A DNA stretch of 64,000 nucleotides from Octopus sinensis (GCF_006345805.1 NC_043017.1:27962001-28026000); one strand, 5' to 3'; positions 41,587 to 54,953 are shown, numbered from the stretch's first letter. Notes: generated by a model not told the origin, from the sequence alone. Numbers and translations are program-made.

Positions 41587-41961
41587 GTTATACATAGTTA
41601 TCTAAATTCAAAAATGTTTAATTCATCAGTCATTTCATAAGTATGTGCAAGGAACATATGTTACTAGAAAATGAAATTTATTATTATTATACTACTTTTT
41701 TTCCATTACTGACATACCAAGGGACTTTTTAGCTTAAGTTTCTGAGTTGGTTTGGCATTGTATAAAAAATAGCGACAATACGACTTGATCTGAGATATTT
41801 CATTAATTTTTAAATGGTCGTTAGAATATTTGAGAGTTCATAATTCCTTTTAGTTTCCTTTTAGTTTAGTTTTAGTGTTTCTAAACCATTTTTTACTCTG
41901 AATCCTATTTTACTCAGGTCAATCCTCCCAGGCATTCGATGTTTTAAAAAATCATATTATA

Positions 41962-42350
41962 TAGGTGCAGAAGTGGTTGTGTGGTACGTTGCTTGTTTAC
42001 CAACCACATAATTCCGATTCAGTCCCACTGCGTGGCATTTTGGGCAAGTGTCTTGTAATGTAGCCTCAGGCCAAACAAAGCTTTGTGAATGGATTTGGTA
42101 GTCGGAAACTGAAAGAAGCCCGTCATATATATATATATAAAGATGTGTGTGTATGTTTGTGTTTGTCCACCCACCATCGCTTGACAACCGATACTGGTGT
42201 GCTTACTTCGTCGTAACTTAACGGTTCGGCAGAAGAGAACGATAGAATAAGTACTAGGCTTACAAAGAATAAATCCTGGAGTCAGTTTGTTCGATTAAAG
42301 GCGGTGCTCCAGCATGGTCGCAGTCGAATGACTGAAACAAAAGAATAAAA
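41962..42350 (+). mobile_element. SINE family A
   Basis: Full-length, diverged match. Confidence 0.88.
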
Positions 42351-42898
42351 GCGTATAAGAGTATATTTTCATAAATAAATATTATTATGAATTGTATTTA
42401 AAAAAGCGGGGTTTAAATATTTTGTACATTGTGGGTGTATAACCGACTCGTTGCAGATAAATTTTAACAAGCTCTTATATGGTTATCCAACCAAGTGTCA
42501 TATGAACTCCGGTCGAGAACACGTGCGGTGGATATATATACATATGTGCGTTGAGGAACGATAGATACAACTGTTCATATGAAGTACATCCACAGGTTTA
42601 TTTCCTAGCCTCTCAATTTAAGGTATCAAGGAAATGTTTAATTTCAAAACTCTTGAAACAGAAAGAGAAATTACATCGAAGAATATTCCGACAGAGAGCT
42701 TCATACTTAATACACTAAGGAGCTTATTTCAATATACTCAATTCTATTGCTTCCAGGTTAAAGCGAGAGAAAGAAAGCGTTTGTTGTGGGGATAGCCAAT
42801 ACCCAATTCAATCAATCTTTCGTCCTAGATATGTTCTCATTCTCAAGGACAGAGTTTTGCTGTGATTACTGCTTGTAATTAAATATTATAATACATAT

Positions 42899-43110
42899 AA
42901 TGGCGCAATGGCCTAGTGGTTAGGGCAGCGGACTTGCGGTCGGAGGATCGCGGTTTCGATTCCCAGACCGGGCGTTGTGTGTGTTTATTGAGCGAAAAAC
43001 ACCTAAAAGCTCCACGAGGCTCCGGCAGGAGGTGGTGATCCCTGCTGTACTCTTTCACCACTCTAAAGGCGGTGCTCCAGCATGGCCGCAGTCAAATGAC
43101 TGAAACAAGT
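42899..43110 (+). mobile_element. Chimeric SINE: family B head + family A 3' end
   Basis: B head to ..CTCTTTCACCACT (43062), joined to CTAAAGGCGGTGCTCCAGCATGGCCGCAGTCAAATGACTGAAACAAGT. Confidence 0.85.
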
Positions 43111-43400
43111 ACAAAAAAAAAAGAAAAAAATATATATAATAGCTCTTTTTATCTAAGGAAATTATCTGTATTTATCCTGCCAAAATTATTGTTCATTTTA
43201 TGGACAGAAAGTCCTTATATTCTATAGAAAGGGAAACGTGACAAAATGACACCCATGCTTTTCCATACAGGTTTAACGGCAAAAGAAAACAATTGACTTT
43301 AACTATGAATGTAAACCAGGTATCAGTCTTGGCAGTTTCACTTATGGTAGGCTGAAAGTTCTTGTATATGAAGCAAGGTGAAATAGCCAATACGAACATA

Positions 43401-43561
43401 AGCAGGAGTGGCTGTGTGGTAAGTAGCTTGCTTACCAACCACATGGTTCCGGTTTCAGTCCCACTGCATGGCATGTTGGGCAAGTGTCTTCTACTATAGC
43501 CTCGGGCCGACCAAAGCCTTGTGAGTGGATTTGGTAGGCAGAAACTGAAAGAAGACCGTCG

Positions 43562-43596
<35 letters not shown>

Positions 43597-43771
43597 TTGT
43601 GTGTCTGTGTTTGTCCCCCTAGCATTGCTTGACAACCGATGCTGATGTGTTTACGTCGCTGTCACTTAGCAGTTCGGCAAAAAGAGACCGATAGAATAAG
43701 TACTGAGGTCGATTTGCTCGACTAAAGGCGGTGCTCCAGCATGGCCGCAGTCAAAATGACTGAAACAAGTA
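43401..43771 (+). mobile_element. SINE family A
   Basis: Near full-length match with (GA)n tail. Confidence 0.9.
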
Positions 43772-44817
43772 GAGAGAGAGAGAGAGAGAGAGAGAATATA
43801 ATTGACTATTAGCATTCATGTAAAATAGATAGAAATTATAATTGTGATTTGTATTGAAAACGCCAAACCTGAAATGAAACAATTTATTTCCTATAATTAA
43901 CTAAAAATGATCTATATTAGTTATGTCGATATAGGTATTGTGTCCAATCCTAATATTGAAGTCTGTGAAGTCAATTAGCTTATGTGGAGAGCGGATGTCT
44001 GTTTGGGAATTCAGCGTGCTAACGCATTATTTTTTGCTGTTAGTGTGATAGTTACGCGTTTAACTAACTTTGATCTTTTACTTGTTAAAGTCATTCGGCT
44101 GCGGTCTGGCTCGAATGTGTTTGTGTGTAGGGGGTAATTGAACGAGTCGCGCCTGGTACTTTATCGAAGACATCCGCATACGTAATCCATTCAAAAGCTT
44201 TAGTTGGCCGGGGTCCTAATAGAAGTTAATAGCCCAAGGGGGCACGCAGTAGGTTTGAATGCGGAGGTAATTGAACGAGTCGCGCCTAGTACTTTAGATG
44301 TCTTGCAAACAACTTGCACATGCAAGTGCTTCCAGTCAAAAGCTCCGTATACTGGAAGCTAGCAAGTGTATGGGGTCATCTGGAGAGAATGCGCGCCGTT
44401 TCGGGGTCTACCTCTCGACGGCATCAATGCGCACCGGCCTCGCTTGCTAGATCATCTGGTTATGAAGTTAAACTCAATATCCTTCTAGCCATCGCTCATC
44501 GACTCTTTTTAACCAAATCCAGTGGCTAGCCTTCTCCACTGTTGATTGGATATCAGTCATGGTGGTATTGACTTTACGATGAGTTAGGCCTAGCAATAAC
44601 AACAGTCGTCTCACACTGTGTCCAAAGACATCCGCATACGTAATCCATTCAAAAGCTTTAGTTGGCCGGGGTCCTAATAGAAGTTAATAGCCAAAGGGGT
44701 CATGCAGTATGTCTGAATCCGGAGGCTTGCGATTGGAAGCAAATTTCTTACCACACAGCAACGCCCATGATTATAAGGGGCAGAGGCTCGATGCTATAAA
44801 AACAGAGCACAACTTAA

Positions 44818-45039
44818 CCCTTTTCTTATCATATTTATTTTGAGATGCTCTGTGTTTCTTTCAATTAAATTTAAATATAACAAAGAATTTGATAAAATAA
44901 CATAGTTACCATTACGCTGGTGTTAGGAACATAAATTGTGTCTAAGGTTTGATGGAAGATTTTAATTTGAAACTTATGAAAACAAGCTATTTGTACTCCA
45001 GAGCCAGAGGCGGGTTCAGCCGGGTTGGTATCGAAAGGG
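44818..45039. mobile_element. piggyBac-type MITE
   Basis: TTAA|CCCTTTTCTTATCA ... TGGTATCGAAAGGG|TTAA: TTAA target duplication and imperfect 14-bp TIR starting CCCTTT. Confidence 0.8.
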
Positions 45040-45632
45040 TTAAAATAGTGACTAGTGAGAGTGTGGCGCAAATCTATAGAGTGAGATTTCAAATACACCC
45101 ACAGACACATTGGTCATATAGTCTTTGTATTTCCATCAAATTAGCCCTTGTGATATATTGTAAGCTAACTAAGTCGAATTTGTTTTTTTCTACAAAATTG
45201 TTTATCCAGGTGCCAAACGAAAGAAATCAATATATAAATTTTTACAAGCCAGGTTACGTCATATGTCCATCGATCTGTTTTATCTCACAGACTTACTTCA
45301 TAATGAATATCGCATGTTATGAGCAAGTATTAGTTGATAGCATCTTTATAAGTTATTTTCGTTTTGATTTACCGATGAAATTCTGTAACTCAATATATGT
45401 TTCGATACACATGTCTACTGACAGCATTATACAAGCACACACCTATACACACGGCCATAAACATATAGACTTGAATCTGTAAAAGTATTTATGTTCGACG
45501 ACCTGTATACATACATATGGAGATACGTACCTACATATATATATATATGTGTGTGTGTGTGTACATATATATACACAAATATATACAACCATAGAAAATG
45601 TACATGTATATATGTATACATATATACATCTG

Positions 45633-45668
<36 letters not shown>

Positions 45669-46111
45669 CTAACAACTATACAACCTCACATTCGTTCGCA
45701 CTCGCTCACACACACACACACAAATATGTGAACACATTTATTCCATTAATTCATTTACGGTTGATAGAGAAGAAAATACTGTATATTTCTGAATAATATG
45801 TTGCTCGAAATATTATCTCCAGTTCCGCCAACAGACAAGCTGGTGTCATTACAGTTTTGTATAATTCATTAAAACCCATTAAAGGAATCATTTTTCTATT
45901 ATTACTAATCAATCTACTAAAATATTTGAAATGAATACACTCGTTCATAACTTCACTACCAGCAAACTATTTCGGGTAAATTCTAGGGGTAAATTTTGGC
46001 AGGAATTCCAAAATATCTATTTTAAGGGATTGAAGTTTTACTTTTCTTCGTTGGTTTTTTTCCTATACTAAATCTGATTTCAATTCCCATTTATATCTTC
46101 GTTTTAATATG

Positions 46112-46165
<54 letters not shown>

Positions 46166-46448
46166 ATTATATATATAGATATATATATATATATACGCTA
46201 TAGAAAGATACGTACATAGATGTGCATAAATATATATACTTTTCTCGACATACGTGTACGCAAACACATAAATACCTACCTACACACACACACACACACA
46301 TATATATACATATATATATATATATAGTTGAGTATAGAAATTCGGGGTGAGTACTTGATAATTATAAGCACCTGTGTATACCGTTTGGTGGTGTAGGTGG
46401 TGGAGTAAATTGATCAAAATAAAATAAAAACATGATGCGAAGGATTCA

Positions 46449-46526
46449 GCGGTACATATGTTTCGGGCCTTTATTAGACAGATTTATAACAACGCATAAT
46501 GTATGTCTGTGGCCTTCTTCAGCCGC
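46449..46526 (-). ncRNA. Type I hammerhead ribozyme of the PLE (left arm)
   Basis: Reverse complement of 52404-52481 with the same core and stems and one substitution in the stem II loop. Confidence 0.85.
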
Positions 46527-48169
46527 GCACAACAGCTTCCACAAGGACATGTGTTACATCGAAAATTCTTGGTTGGGGATGCAAATCCTCTCATTCACGT
46601 ACGACATAATGCGGCAGCAGCATAGAGTTGAAGCGTCCATCTCTTTCTTCTCTCAATGTAGAATGAGGAAAATTGGATGTTGAGGTAATGTAAATAAATA
46701 AATACATATATAGAGGTGAAGATGGAGGGGCGAGAGTTCGGAACGAGGGATAAAAAATGTATAAAAAGTGTAAGTATAGAATAATATAAAAATGTAGAGG
46801 ATAAGGGTTGTAAGTAGATGTAAAGGGGGTATAAAGAAATATAAAGAAAAATAGAAATAGAAATAAAAGTAAAAAACCTGATAAAAACATGATAAAAGTG
46901 TAAAAGAACGTAAAGATAAGGGATGTATAGGTTATGGACAAGCATGGTGGTCAGGAGATTGATAAAATTTAGTTGTAGAATTGTCAGTACATCAACAGTT
47001 TCGTCTGGGGACTTAATGCGTTGTGTAAATCAGAGCTGATGAGCATTTAATCTGGTTCCTTGAATTAAATGGACTTCTAGTACATACATATCATCATGGA
47101 TATATACACCCACATACACGCGTACATATACGCCTCCAAGCCTATAAGCAAACACACGCACTCGCGTGTAAACACGTACATAAACACACACGCACCCACA
47201 CGCACGCGCGTACACACACATACATACAACAGAATATCCGCATATATACACGGACATTACGCGCATACACGCTCACATGTATATACGCGCGCCCATCACT
47301 ACATACACACACGTATATGCCCACGCCTCTAGGTCCAGGTATAAGATATTAAAGGATGTGTATAAGAACGTATGTAAAGAATCCCGTACTCATGTCAATA
47401 CGCGCACGCACACACGGCTGTGTGTCCGTATGTGCGTGCACATATACACTCATATACACACACAGAGACACACGCGCACATGGGTATAGCTATAAGATAT
47501 CGAAGTATGCATGTACATATATGCGCGTGCATATGTATGTATGCGTATACACACGCACGCGGACGCTCGTATATTCAAAAGGTGGATCCATAGGTAAGTA
47601 AATAAACATATATAGAGGTGTAAAGCGATAAGTTAGGGGTAAGAATGAGGGTAAGGGTAAAGATTAGAAATAAAAAATACAGTATAAAATAAGAAATACA
47701 ATGTAATAGTTAGAAATGAAGTATAAGAATTATAAATTATAAGAGTTAAGGTAAGGGATGAAAATGAAATGAGAATAAATGGAAGTAGAATAAAAGTAAA
47801 ATAAATTAAAAATAAAAATAAAAATAAATGGAAGTAGGATAAAAGTAAAAATAAAAGTAAAAATAAAAATAAAAAAAATAAGATAAAAATATAATTTTGT
47901 AAAGTTTAACATGAAAGGTGGGTTGAAAGTTAGAGGTGTGTGTTAAACGTAGGGGCGGGCGGGGGGAACTGAAAATTGGAAGGGTGGGAAGTGGAGTTTG
48001 GCGGTGTGCGTTCAACATCTGAGTTAGAAATGTGAAAGGGTATAGATATAGGGGATTAAAGAGACTACATAGGGAGGATATGGGTGTAGGAGAAGAAAAA
48101 TTTAGGGAAAAGAAGTCATATATGGGAGACAAAATTTGTATATATAGGGGGAAAATGCAGACCTAAGCA

Positions 48170-49985
48170 TTGTAGTATTTGAAAGTATTAATAAGTTTAT
48201 GTATACAGGATGGTTTGAAATCTGACCTTTTGTTAATAAGATTGTGTTGTCTTTGAATTTCAAGATGTTAAGGAGTTCTACACAGCATAGTTGGCATCCT
48301 GCTCTATTATTTAAATAAGGTGCAGCTGATCCGATGATGGACCATCTGAGTTTGAAGCCTATGCATTTGTCTTTTAATTCCCAAATTCTTTTAGAGAGGG
48401 AGGTGCTGTTAGCCTTATGTCTGTGTCTCAGCGAGGACCGGTGGTTGTAGTATCTGGATTTCCAGGAGGTTGAGCAACCAATATAGGTGAGTGTGTTAAA
48501 CTGAGTACTCACCTCACATGGGTATATTACGTTTTTCGCCCTACATGCGCCTGCAGCGGGCACTCTGATGCACATCTGCAGTTGCATTGCATTGCATTGT
48601 TCGTCGTGTACTGCTAATCCCAGGCGGAGGTGTTGCAATACGAGTGGGGGCGTTGGTATCCTCCTGGTTGTTGATGGGTGTAGTATTTCCTCTGTTGTGT
48701 TGGCGGGTGTTATTACTAACTGTTTGGGTAGTATGGCTGCCAGTCTGGTTTATTGTCTACTGTCTGGATGAGGAGTTCTGTTGGTCGCTATGGTTTGCTC
48801 TTGATCTAGCTGTTCTAATATTAATATAGTTATGTTTAGCTATGAGGCAGCTCATGTTGGGCAGGGTAGAGTAGGAAATCCTAATAGTTTGTTGGAGAAG
48901 ATACTTCTATACTTGTGGGTGGGTGGGAAGTTGTTGGAAATTATAGAGAATATTCTCTTACATAACTTACCCCTAACTGCTAAGTTGAAAGGTATGTTGA
49001 ACCATATATATTTGCGTAATCTACTATTATCCCTTCTATTTCTCCTAATAGGATCTATATGCTCTCGTCGGGAGGGTTACTATTGTGTGCTGTTCTATTA
49101 GTTCGCCTATTTCCCATACTTTGTTTGGAGTTTAAATTAGAATTATCGCTAGTGTGAGTTGAGTGCTGAGTTCGATTATAATTGGGAGTCTTATGGCGAC
49201 GGACGCTCCCGGGTGGTCTACATATGATATTCTCTGGTTATACCCGGCACTATAGAGAGCCTGGTTGTAGTGTTGTGCATGATTATTGAAAATTTCTCTA
49301 TTAGAGGATGTTTTTGTCAGTCTGTCTGAGATGGCTTGGACCGTGGTGCTAATTATACAGGTGGATGGTTGGAAGAGGTATGGATGTATTTGGTAGTTTC
49401 TTCTGGTTTCCTATACGGGTAGTGAAGGTGCTTATTCAAATCTAACGTAACATCTAAGAAGTTTACTATTTTAGTATTGGTCATAAATTCTAATTTAAGA
49501 TTGAAGGATTTGAAAAAAACCTGATCTTTTTCCTAATTCTTTCTAGTTTACTCCTATTGTTGGTGGGGTATATGAAGAGAGCGTCGTCTCTGTATAGACC
49601 CCCCTGAAGATCCGGTACCTCGGAGAAAACTTCTTGAGCAGGTAGGCCCCGACCAAGTCAGTCACCTGAGCTGAATCGCTCGAGCCCATACCACATCGAA
49701 ATTGTCGGGGGTATCGGATCTGGTCCAGAGTCTACCGTCGAATTCTATTATGGTTTTTCTAGCTAATAGAATTATGTCAATTTTTTCTCTGTCTATGAGT
49801 GAAAGTTGCGGGCAAAATAAGGGATTTGTTAAGTAAGATGGGGGATATACTGGCGTAGTAGCTAGCTATGTCGAATTGGATGAATGAGTAGTCGGGTCTA
49901 TTGGTGATAGTGTTAAACCATTCTAGCACATCGTTGGTGTTAATCCATAGTTGGAGTGGGATGTGGGGTTTGATGTGTGGGAACA
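48170..49985 (-). pseudogene. 5'-truncated, frameshifted PLE RT + GIY-YIG ORF
   Basis: Minus-strand peptides in order: QLWINTNDVLEWF, FIQFDIASYYASI (motif A), NFDV/MGSSDSAQVTDLVGAYLL (motif B), GLYRDDAL (YRDD at 49583-49594), VNFLDVTLDL, YRKP..TTKYIHTSSNHPP, RKYIWFNIPF, then VIY..TYIG..RYYNH..CQLC. Several frameshifts. Confidence 0.9.
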
Positions 49986-50572
49986 AGACTGGCAGCCATA
50001 CTACCCAAACAGTTAGTAATAACACCCGCCAACACAACAGAGGAAATACTACACCCATCAACAACCAGGAGGATACCAACGCCCCCACTCGTATTGCAAC
50101 ACCTCCGCCTGGGATTAGCAGTACACGACCGAACAATGCAATGCAATGCAACTGCAGATGTGCATCAGAGTGCCCGCTGCAGGGCGCATGTAGGGCGAAA
50201 AACGTAATATACTCATGTGAGGTGAGTACTCAGTTTAACACACTCACCTATATTGGTTGCTCAACCTCCTGGAAATCCAGATACTACAACCACCGGTCCT
50301 CGCTGAGACACAGACATAAGGCTAACAGCACCTCCCTCTCTAAAAGAATTTGGGAATTAAAAGACAAATGCATAGGCTTCAAACTTAGATGGTCCATCAT
50401 CGGATCAGCTGCACCTTATTTAAATAATAGAGCAGGATGCCAACTATGCTGTGTAGAACTCCTTAACATCTTGAAATTCAAAGACAAACACAATCTTATT
50501 AACAAAAGGTCAGATTTCAAACCATCCTGTATACATAAACTTATTAATACTTTCAAATACTACAATGCTTAG
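49961..50572 (+). CDS. Open linker + GIY-YIG endonuclease frame in the right PLE arm (no RT)
   Basis: ORF track 49901..50572: CNCRCASECPLQGAC, NVIYSCEV...LTYIG, WKSRYYNH, STSLSKRIWELK, CQLCCVE. The first ATG (49961) lies in antisense RT sequence just before the inversion junction. Expression unknown. Confidence 0.6.
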   Translation: MWGLMCGNKTGSHTTQTVSNNTRQHNRGNTTPINNQEDTNAPTRIATPPPGISSTRPNNAMQCNCRCASECPLQGACRAKNVIYSCEVSTQFNTLTYIGCSTSWKSRYYNHRSSLRHRHKANSTSLSKRIWELKDKCIGFKLRWSIIGSAAPYLNNRAGCQLCCVELLNILKFKDKHNLINKRSDFKPSCIHKLINTFKYYNA

Positions 50573-52403
50573 GTCTTATACCAACTCCCCCATGCAATTT
50601 CCTCCCACCCGGTGCAACCTGTCGGCTCCAGCACATCCCGCTTTCCTATATGTGCGTGTGTATGTGTGTGTGTGTGCGTATGTATGTGCACATACGTGTA
50701 CGTATGTGTACATATACATATATATGTGCGTGTGTGTGTGTGTGTGTGTGGGTGTGTGTACGTGCATATAGGGTTCCCTGCATTTTCCCCCTATATATAC
50801 AAATATATGACTTCTTTTCCCTAAATATTTCTTCTCCTACACCATATCCTCCCTATGTAGTCTCTTTAATCCCCTATATCTATACCCTTTCACATTCTAA
50901 CTCAGATGTTGAACGCACACCGCCAAACTCCACTTCCCACCCTTCCAATTTTCAGGTCCCCCCGCCCGCCCCTACGTTTAACACACACCTCTAACTTTCA
51001 ACCACCTTCATCTCATGTTAAACTTTACAAAATTATATTTTTATCTTATTTTATTTTATTTTATTTTTACTTTTATTTTTACTTTTATCCTACTTCCATT
51101 TATTTTTTTTTTTATTTTTAATTTTATTTTTACTTTTATTCTACTTCCATTTATTCTCATTTTCATTTTCATCCCTTACCTTAACTCTTATAATTTTTAT
51201 AATTCTTATACTTCATTTCTAACTATTACATTGTATTTCTTATTTTATACTGTATTTTTTATTTCTAATCTTTACCCTTACCCTCATTCTTACCCCTAAC
51301 TTATCGCTTTACACCTCTATATATGTTTATTTACTTACCTATGGATCCACCTTTTGAATATACGAGCGTCCGCGTGCGTGTGTATACGCATACATACATA
51401 TGCACGCGCATATATGTACATGCATACTTCGATATCTTATAGCATACCCATGTGCGCGTGTGTCTCTGTGTGTGTATATGAGTGTATATGTGCACGCACA
51501 TACGGACACACAGCCGTGTGTGCGTGCGCGTATTGACATGAGTACGGGATTCTTTACATACGTTCTTATACACATCCTTTAATATCTTATACCTGGACCT
51601 AGAGGCGTGGGCATATACGTGTGTGTATGTAGTGATGGGCGCGCGTATATACATGTGAGCGTGTATGCGCGTAATGTCCGTGTATATATGCGGATATTCT
51701 GTTGTATGTATGTGTGTGTACGCGCGTGCGTGTGGGTGCGTGTGTGTTTATGTACGTGTTTACACGCGAGTGCGTGTGTTTGCTTATAGGCTTGGAGGCG
51801 TATATGTACGCGTGTATGTGGGTGTATATATCCATGATGATATGTATGTACTAGAAGTCCATTTAATTCAAGGAACCAGATTAAATGCTCATCAGCTCTG
51901 ATTTACAACGCATTAAGTCCCCAGACGAAACTGTTGATGTACTGACAATTCTACAACTAAATTTTATCAATCTCCTGACCACCATGCTTGGTCCATAACC
52001 TCTATACATCCTTATCTTTACATTCTTTTACACTTTTATCATGTTTTTATCAGGTTTTTTTACTTTTATTTCTATTTCTATTTTTACTTTATATTTCTTT
52101 ATACCCCCTTTACATCTACTTACAACCCTTTATCCTCTACATTTTTATATTATTCTATACTTACACTTTTTATACATTTTTATCCCTCGTTCCGAACTCT
52201 CGCCCCTCCATCTTCACCTCTATATATGTATTTATTTATTTACATTACTTCAACATCCAATTTTCCTCATTCTACATTGAGAGAAGAAAGAGATGGACGC
52301 TTCAACTCTATGCTGCTGCCGCATTATGTCGTACGTGAATGAGAGGATTTGCATCCCCACCAAGAATTTGATGTAACACATGTCCTTGTGGAAGCTGTTG
52401 TGC

Positions 52404-52481
52404 GCGGCTGAAGAAGGCCACAGACATACATTATGCATTGTTATAAATCTGTCTAATAAAGGCCCGAAACATATGTACCGC
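52404..52481 (+). ncRNA. Type I hammerhead ribozyme of the PLE (right arm)
   Basis: GCGG-CTGAAGA(52408-52414)-A-GGCC...GGCC-C-GAAAC-ATAT-GTA-CCGC. Stem I GCGG/CCGC, canonical core, long stem II, minimal stem III with palindromic ATAT loop. Predicted cut after 52477. Confidence 0.85.
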
Positions 52482-52518
52482 TGAATCCTTCGCATCATGT
52501 TTTTATTTTATTTTGATC

Positions 52519-52563
<45 letters not shown>

Positions 52564-53535
52564 TATATATATATATCCATCTCTCTCTCTCCTCTCTATC
52601 CCTCTCTCCCTCTCTATGAAAACTTATATACAGTGCTCTAAGAATCTATTAATAAGTCACAGAAACAAGATCTCCTAAATTAGCTATCAATATAGGCATA
52701 CAAACTTTTGTAAAAATTAATATTATCGACAGATTTGAGCCGATTTAGTGTTTTGAGAAAGATTCATACGCGGTACTCATCAGAAGGGCCTCTAGGATGA
52801 TAACCTGGATATCAGAAAATATCATAATAGTTTAAGGGATTGAAGTTTTACTTTTGTTAGTTGGTTTTTTCCTATACTAATTCTGATTTGAATTCCCATT
52901 TATATCTTCAGTTTAATATGTTTGGTTGGGCTAGGTTTTTGACGAATCTCAGTATGTTGAGCCGAACGTCCAGTATATAAGTCCCGAAACATATCCCCAA
53001 AAGGCTACCCGTTTCGTGTACGTGCCATTCATTGTGAGATCCCATGCTCTGAATTAGATTAGAGAAGATGCTGTACATAAAATGAGCGCGCTCTGTTCTG
53101 TTTAACGCATTATCAAATTGGGTGTCATAATGCAACTCGCCATGCTGCAAATAATAAAACTTCCGCAAATTATCTACAGCTGGTGTAAAAATAGATGAAC
53201 ACAGGGGTAAATATACACTCACATACATCTAAAATGACGCAGTCTCGTGGCTGGATCACATTTGATTGTAAAGTTATGTGTTCAAGAGAGATGTTTAACA
53301 AAACAACATTGGAAATTAAGTCTACGTGAAACAAGCATTGATTTCTGAAATAATATACATAAAAACATATTAAAAATCCGACGAACGCTAACAGGCCAAA
53401 CGTTTGAAGTCATAGCCATCATTCTCCATCTAAAAGCATAAGTATGTACTCGACATAAAGTATTCAGTCATTTTTCAGTTTAATGTTAATATGTATGAAT
53501 ATATACACGCGGTCAGAATGGATGATTCAGTACAT

Positions 53536-53950
53536 ACTCTTTACTCTTTACTCTTTTACTTGTTTCAGTCATTTGACTGCGGCCATGCTGGAGCACCGCC
53601 TTTAGTCGAGCAACTCGAACCCGGGACTTATTCTTTTGTAAGCCCAGTACTTATTTTATCGGTTTATTTTGCCGAACCGCTAAGTAACGGGGACATAAAC
53701 ACACCAGCATCGGTTGTCAAGCAATGGTAGGGGGACAAATACAGACACACAAACACACACACGCATATATATATATACATATATACGACGGGCTTCTTTC
53801 AGTTTCCGTCTACTAAATCCACTCACAAGGCTTTGATCGGCCCGAGGCTATAGTAGAAGACACTTGCCCAAGGTGCCACGCAGTGGGACTGAACCCGGAA
53901 CCATGTGGTTGGTAGACAAGCTACTTACCACACAGCCACTCCTGCGCCTA
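53536..53950 (-). mobile_element. SINE family A
   Basis: Full-length match. Confidence 0.9.
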
Positions 53951-54704
53951 TGTTTTTTACCTTTTAATTAGATCGAATATTTCCGATGAAAACACTTTTA
54001 ATCAGTAAGAAATTAACATCTTTCCAAAATTCTGATTTAATATTAATCAGAAATGAACATCAAACGGTGTTTGCCGAATCAGTATTTCGTATGTAGTCCT
54101 TTGTTACGAATAACGGTGTCAGTTCTGCTAGGCATTGGTCATTACATTTTTCGTACAAATCAGGTTTTATCTTCATAATTCAGACTTATTCGATGGCATT
54201 TTTCAACTCCGATACTGATGTCGGGTTACGAGCGGCTACTTTCGGCTTCAGAATAACCGAACTATGCTATATTGGATTGAGATCCGGCGAGTTTCCTGAC
54301 TATGGGTCCAAGATCTCATACCCAGAATTGCTTAGCCACTGCTTTACTGATCTTGTCTGGTGGCATGGCACCCCATCACACCAGAAGTGCGCACACAGCT
54401 TGATCTCCATAAATGGTCGGACTTTCGTACGCAGAATTTCAAGGTAATTGGTTCCCTTGATAGTATCACATTCAGGTATAATTTCACCAGCACAAATTTT
54501 GGAGCACTTTTAACACTTTGGATCTACAGCGAACATTATTCCTTCGCTTAGGGGATCATATCACATGTCTGCAAAATGCATACACTTCTCAGCTTATATA
54601 TATATATACATTTATATATAAGGATAAGATCCTTAATTTACAACAACAATTTTATCAAGTGGCCAGCAGGGAAAGAATAACCTTCAAAGGTAATAATTAT
54701 TAAA

Positions 54705-54953
54705 ATTATAAATTAGGGTATCTACGAGATACCACCATGCTGAAGATAGCAGCCATGATCTGACTCTAAAACCACCTTAATTGTCCATACAAAGAGACAA
54801 GATGAAACTTTATCCAGTAATTTTTTACTAGCTTCATCTTGTCTCTTTCTTTTCTCTCCGTGTTTACGATATGGACAATTAAGTTGGTTTAGAGTCATAT
54901 CATACCTGCTATTTTCAGCATGGTGGTATCTCGTAAATGCCCTAATTTATAAT
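54705..54953. repeat. ~250-bp imperfect palindrome (foldback) between (TA)n runs
   Basis: ATTATAAATTAGGG...ATGGACAATTAAG...CCCTAATTTATAAT. Outer ~85-bp arms plus inner AAAGAGACAAGATGAA/TTCATCTTGTCTCTTT arms. Confidence 0.85.

Larger units (their letters stand above)
46328..52523. mobile_element. Penelope-like retroelement with inverted (tail-out) duplication, inserted in (TA)n
   Basis: Seen: 46408-48746 is the reverse complement of 49986-52522. The 1.24-kb spacer encodes RT on the minus strand and both arms encode a GIY-YIG endonuclease. Both outer ends abut (TA)n and the left arm has an extra ~80-nt tail (46328-46407). Knowledge: RT plus C-terminal GIY-YIG with inverted partial duplication is characteristic of PLEs. 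Confidence 0.92.

Noticed and set aside
50575-50777. Segment absent from the left PLE arm, considered as a spliced intron
   Set aside because: The boundaries do not fit GT-AG removal on either strand. A 2-nt CT microhomology suggests an ordinary deletion.
51850-51946. Possible second hammerhead in the PLE arm (GTC ccca GAC GAAAC...GTA; antisense CTGATGAG hairpin at 47036)
   Set aside because: CUGANGA and GAAA are on opposite strands, so neither strand has a complete core.
46408-52522. Inverted repeat as a pure sequencing or assembly foldback artefact
   Set aside because: The arms differ by 203-bp and ~12-bp indels, enclose a unique RT spacer, and the flanks rejoin to match the empty paralogue at 56118-56744. 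Small 1-nt indels may still be errors.
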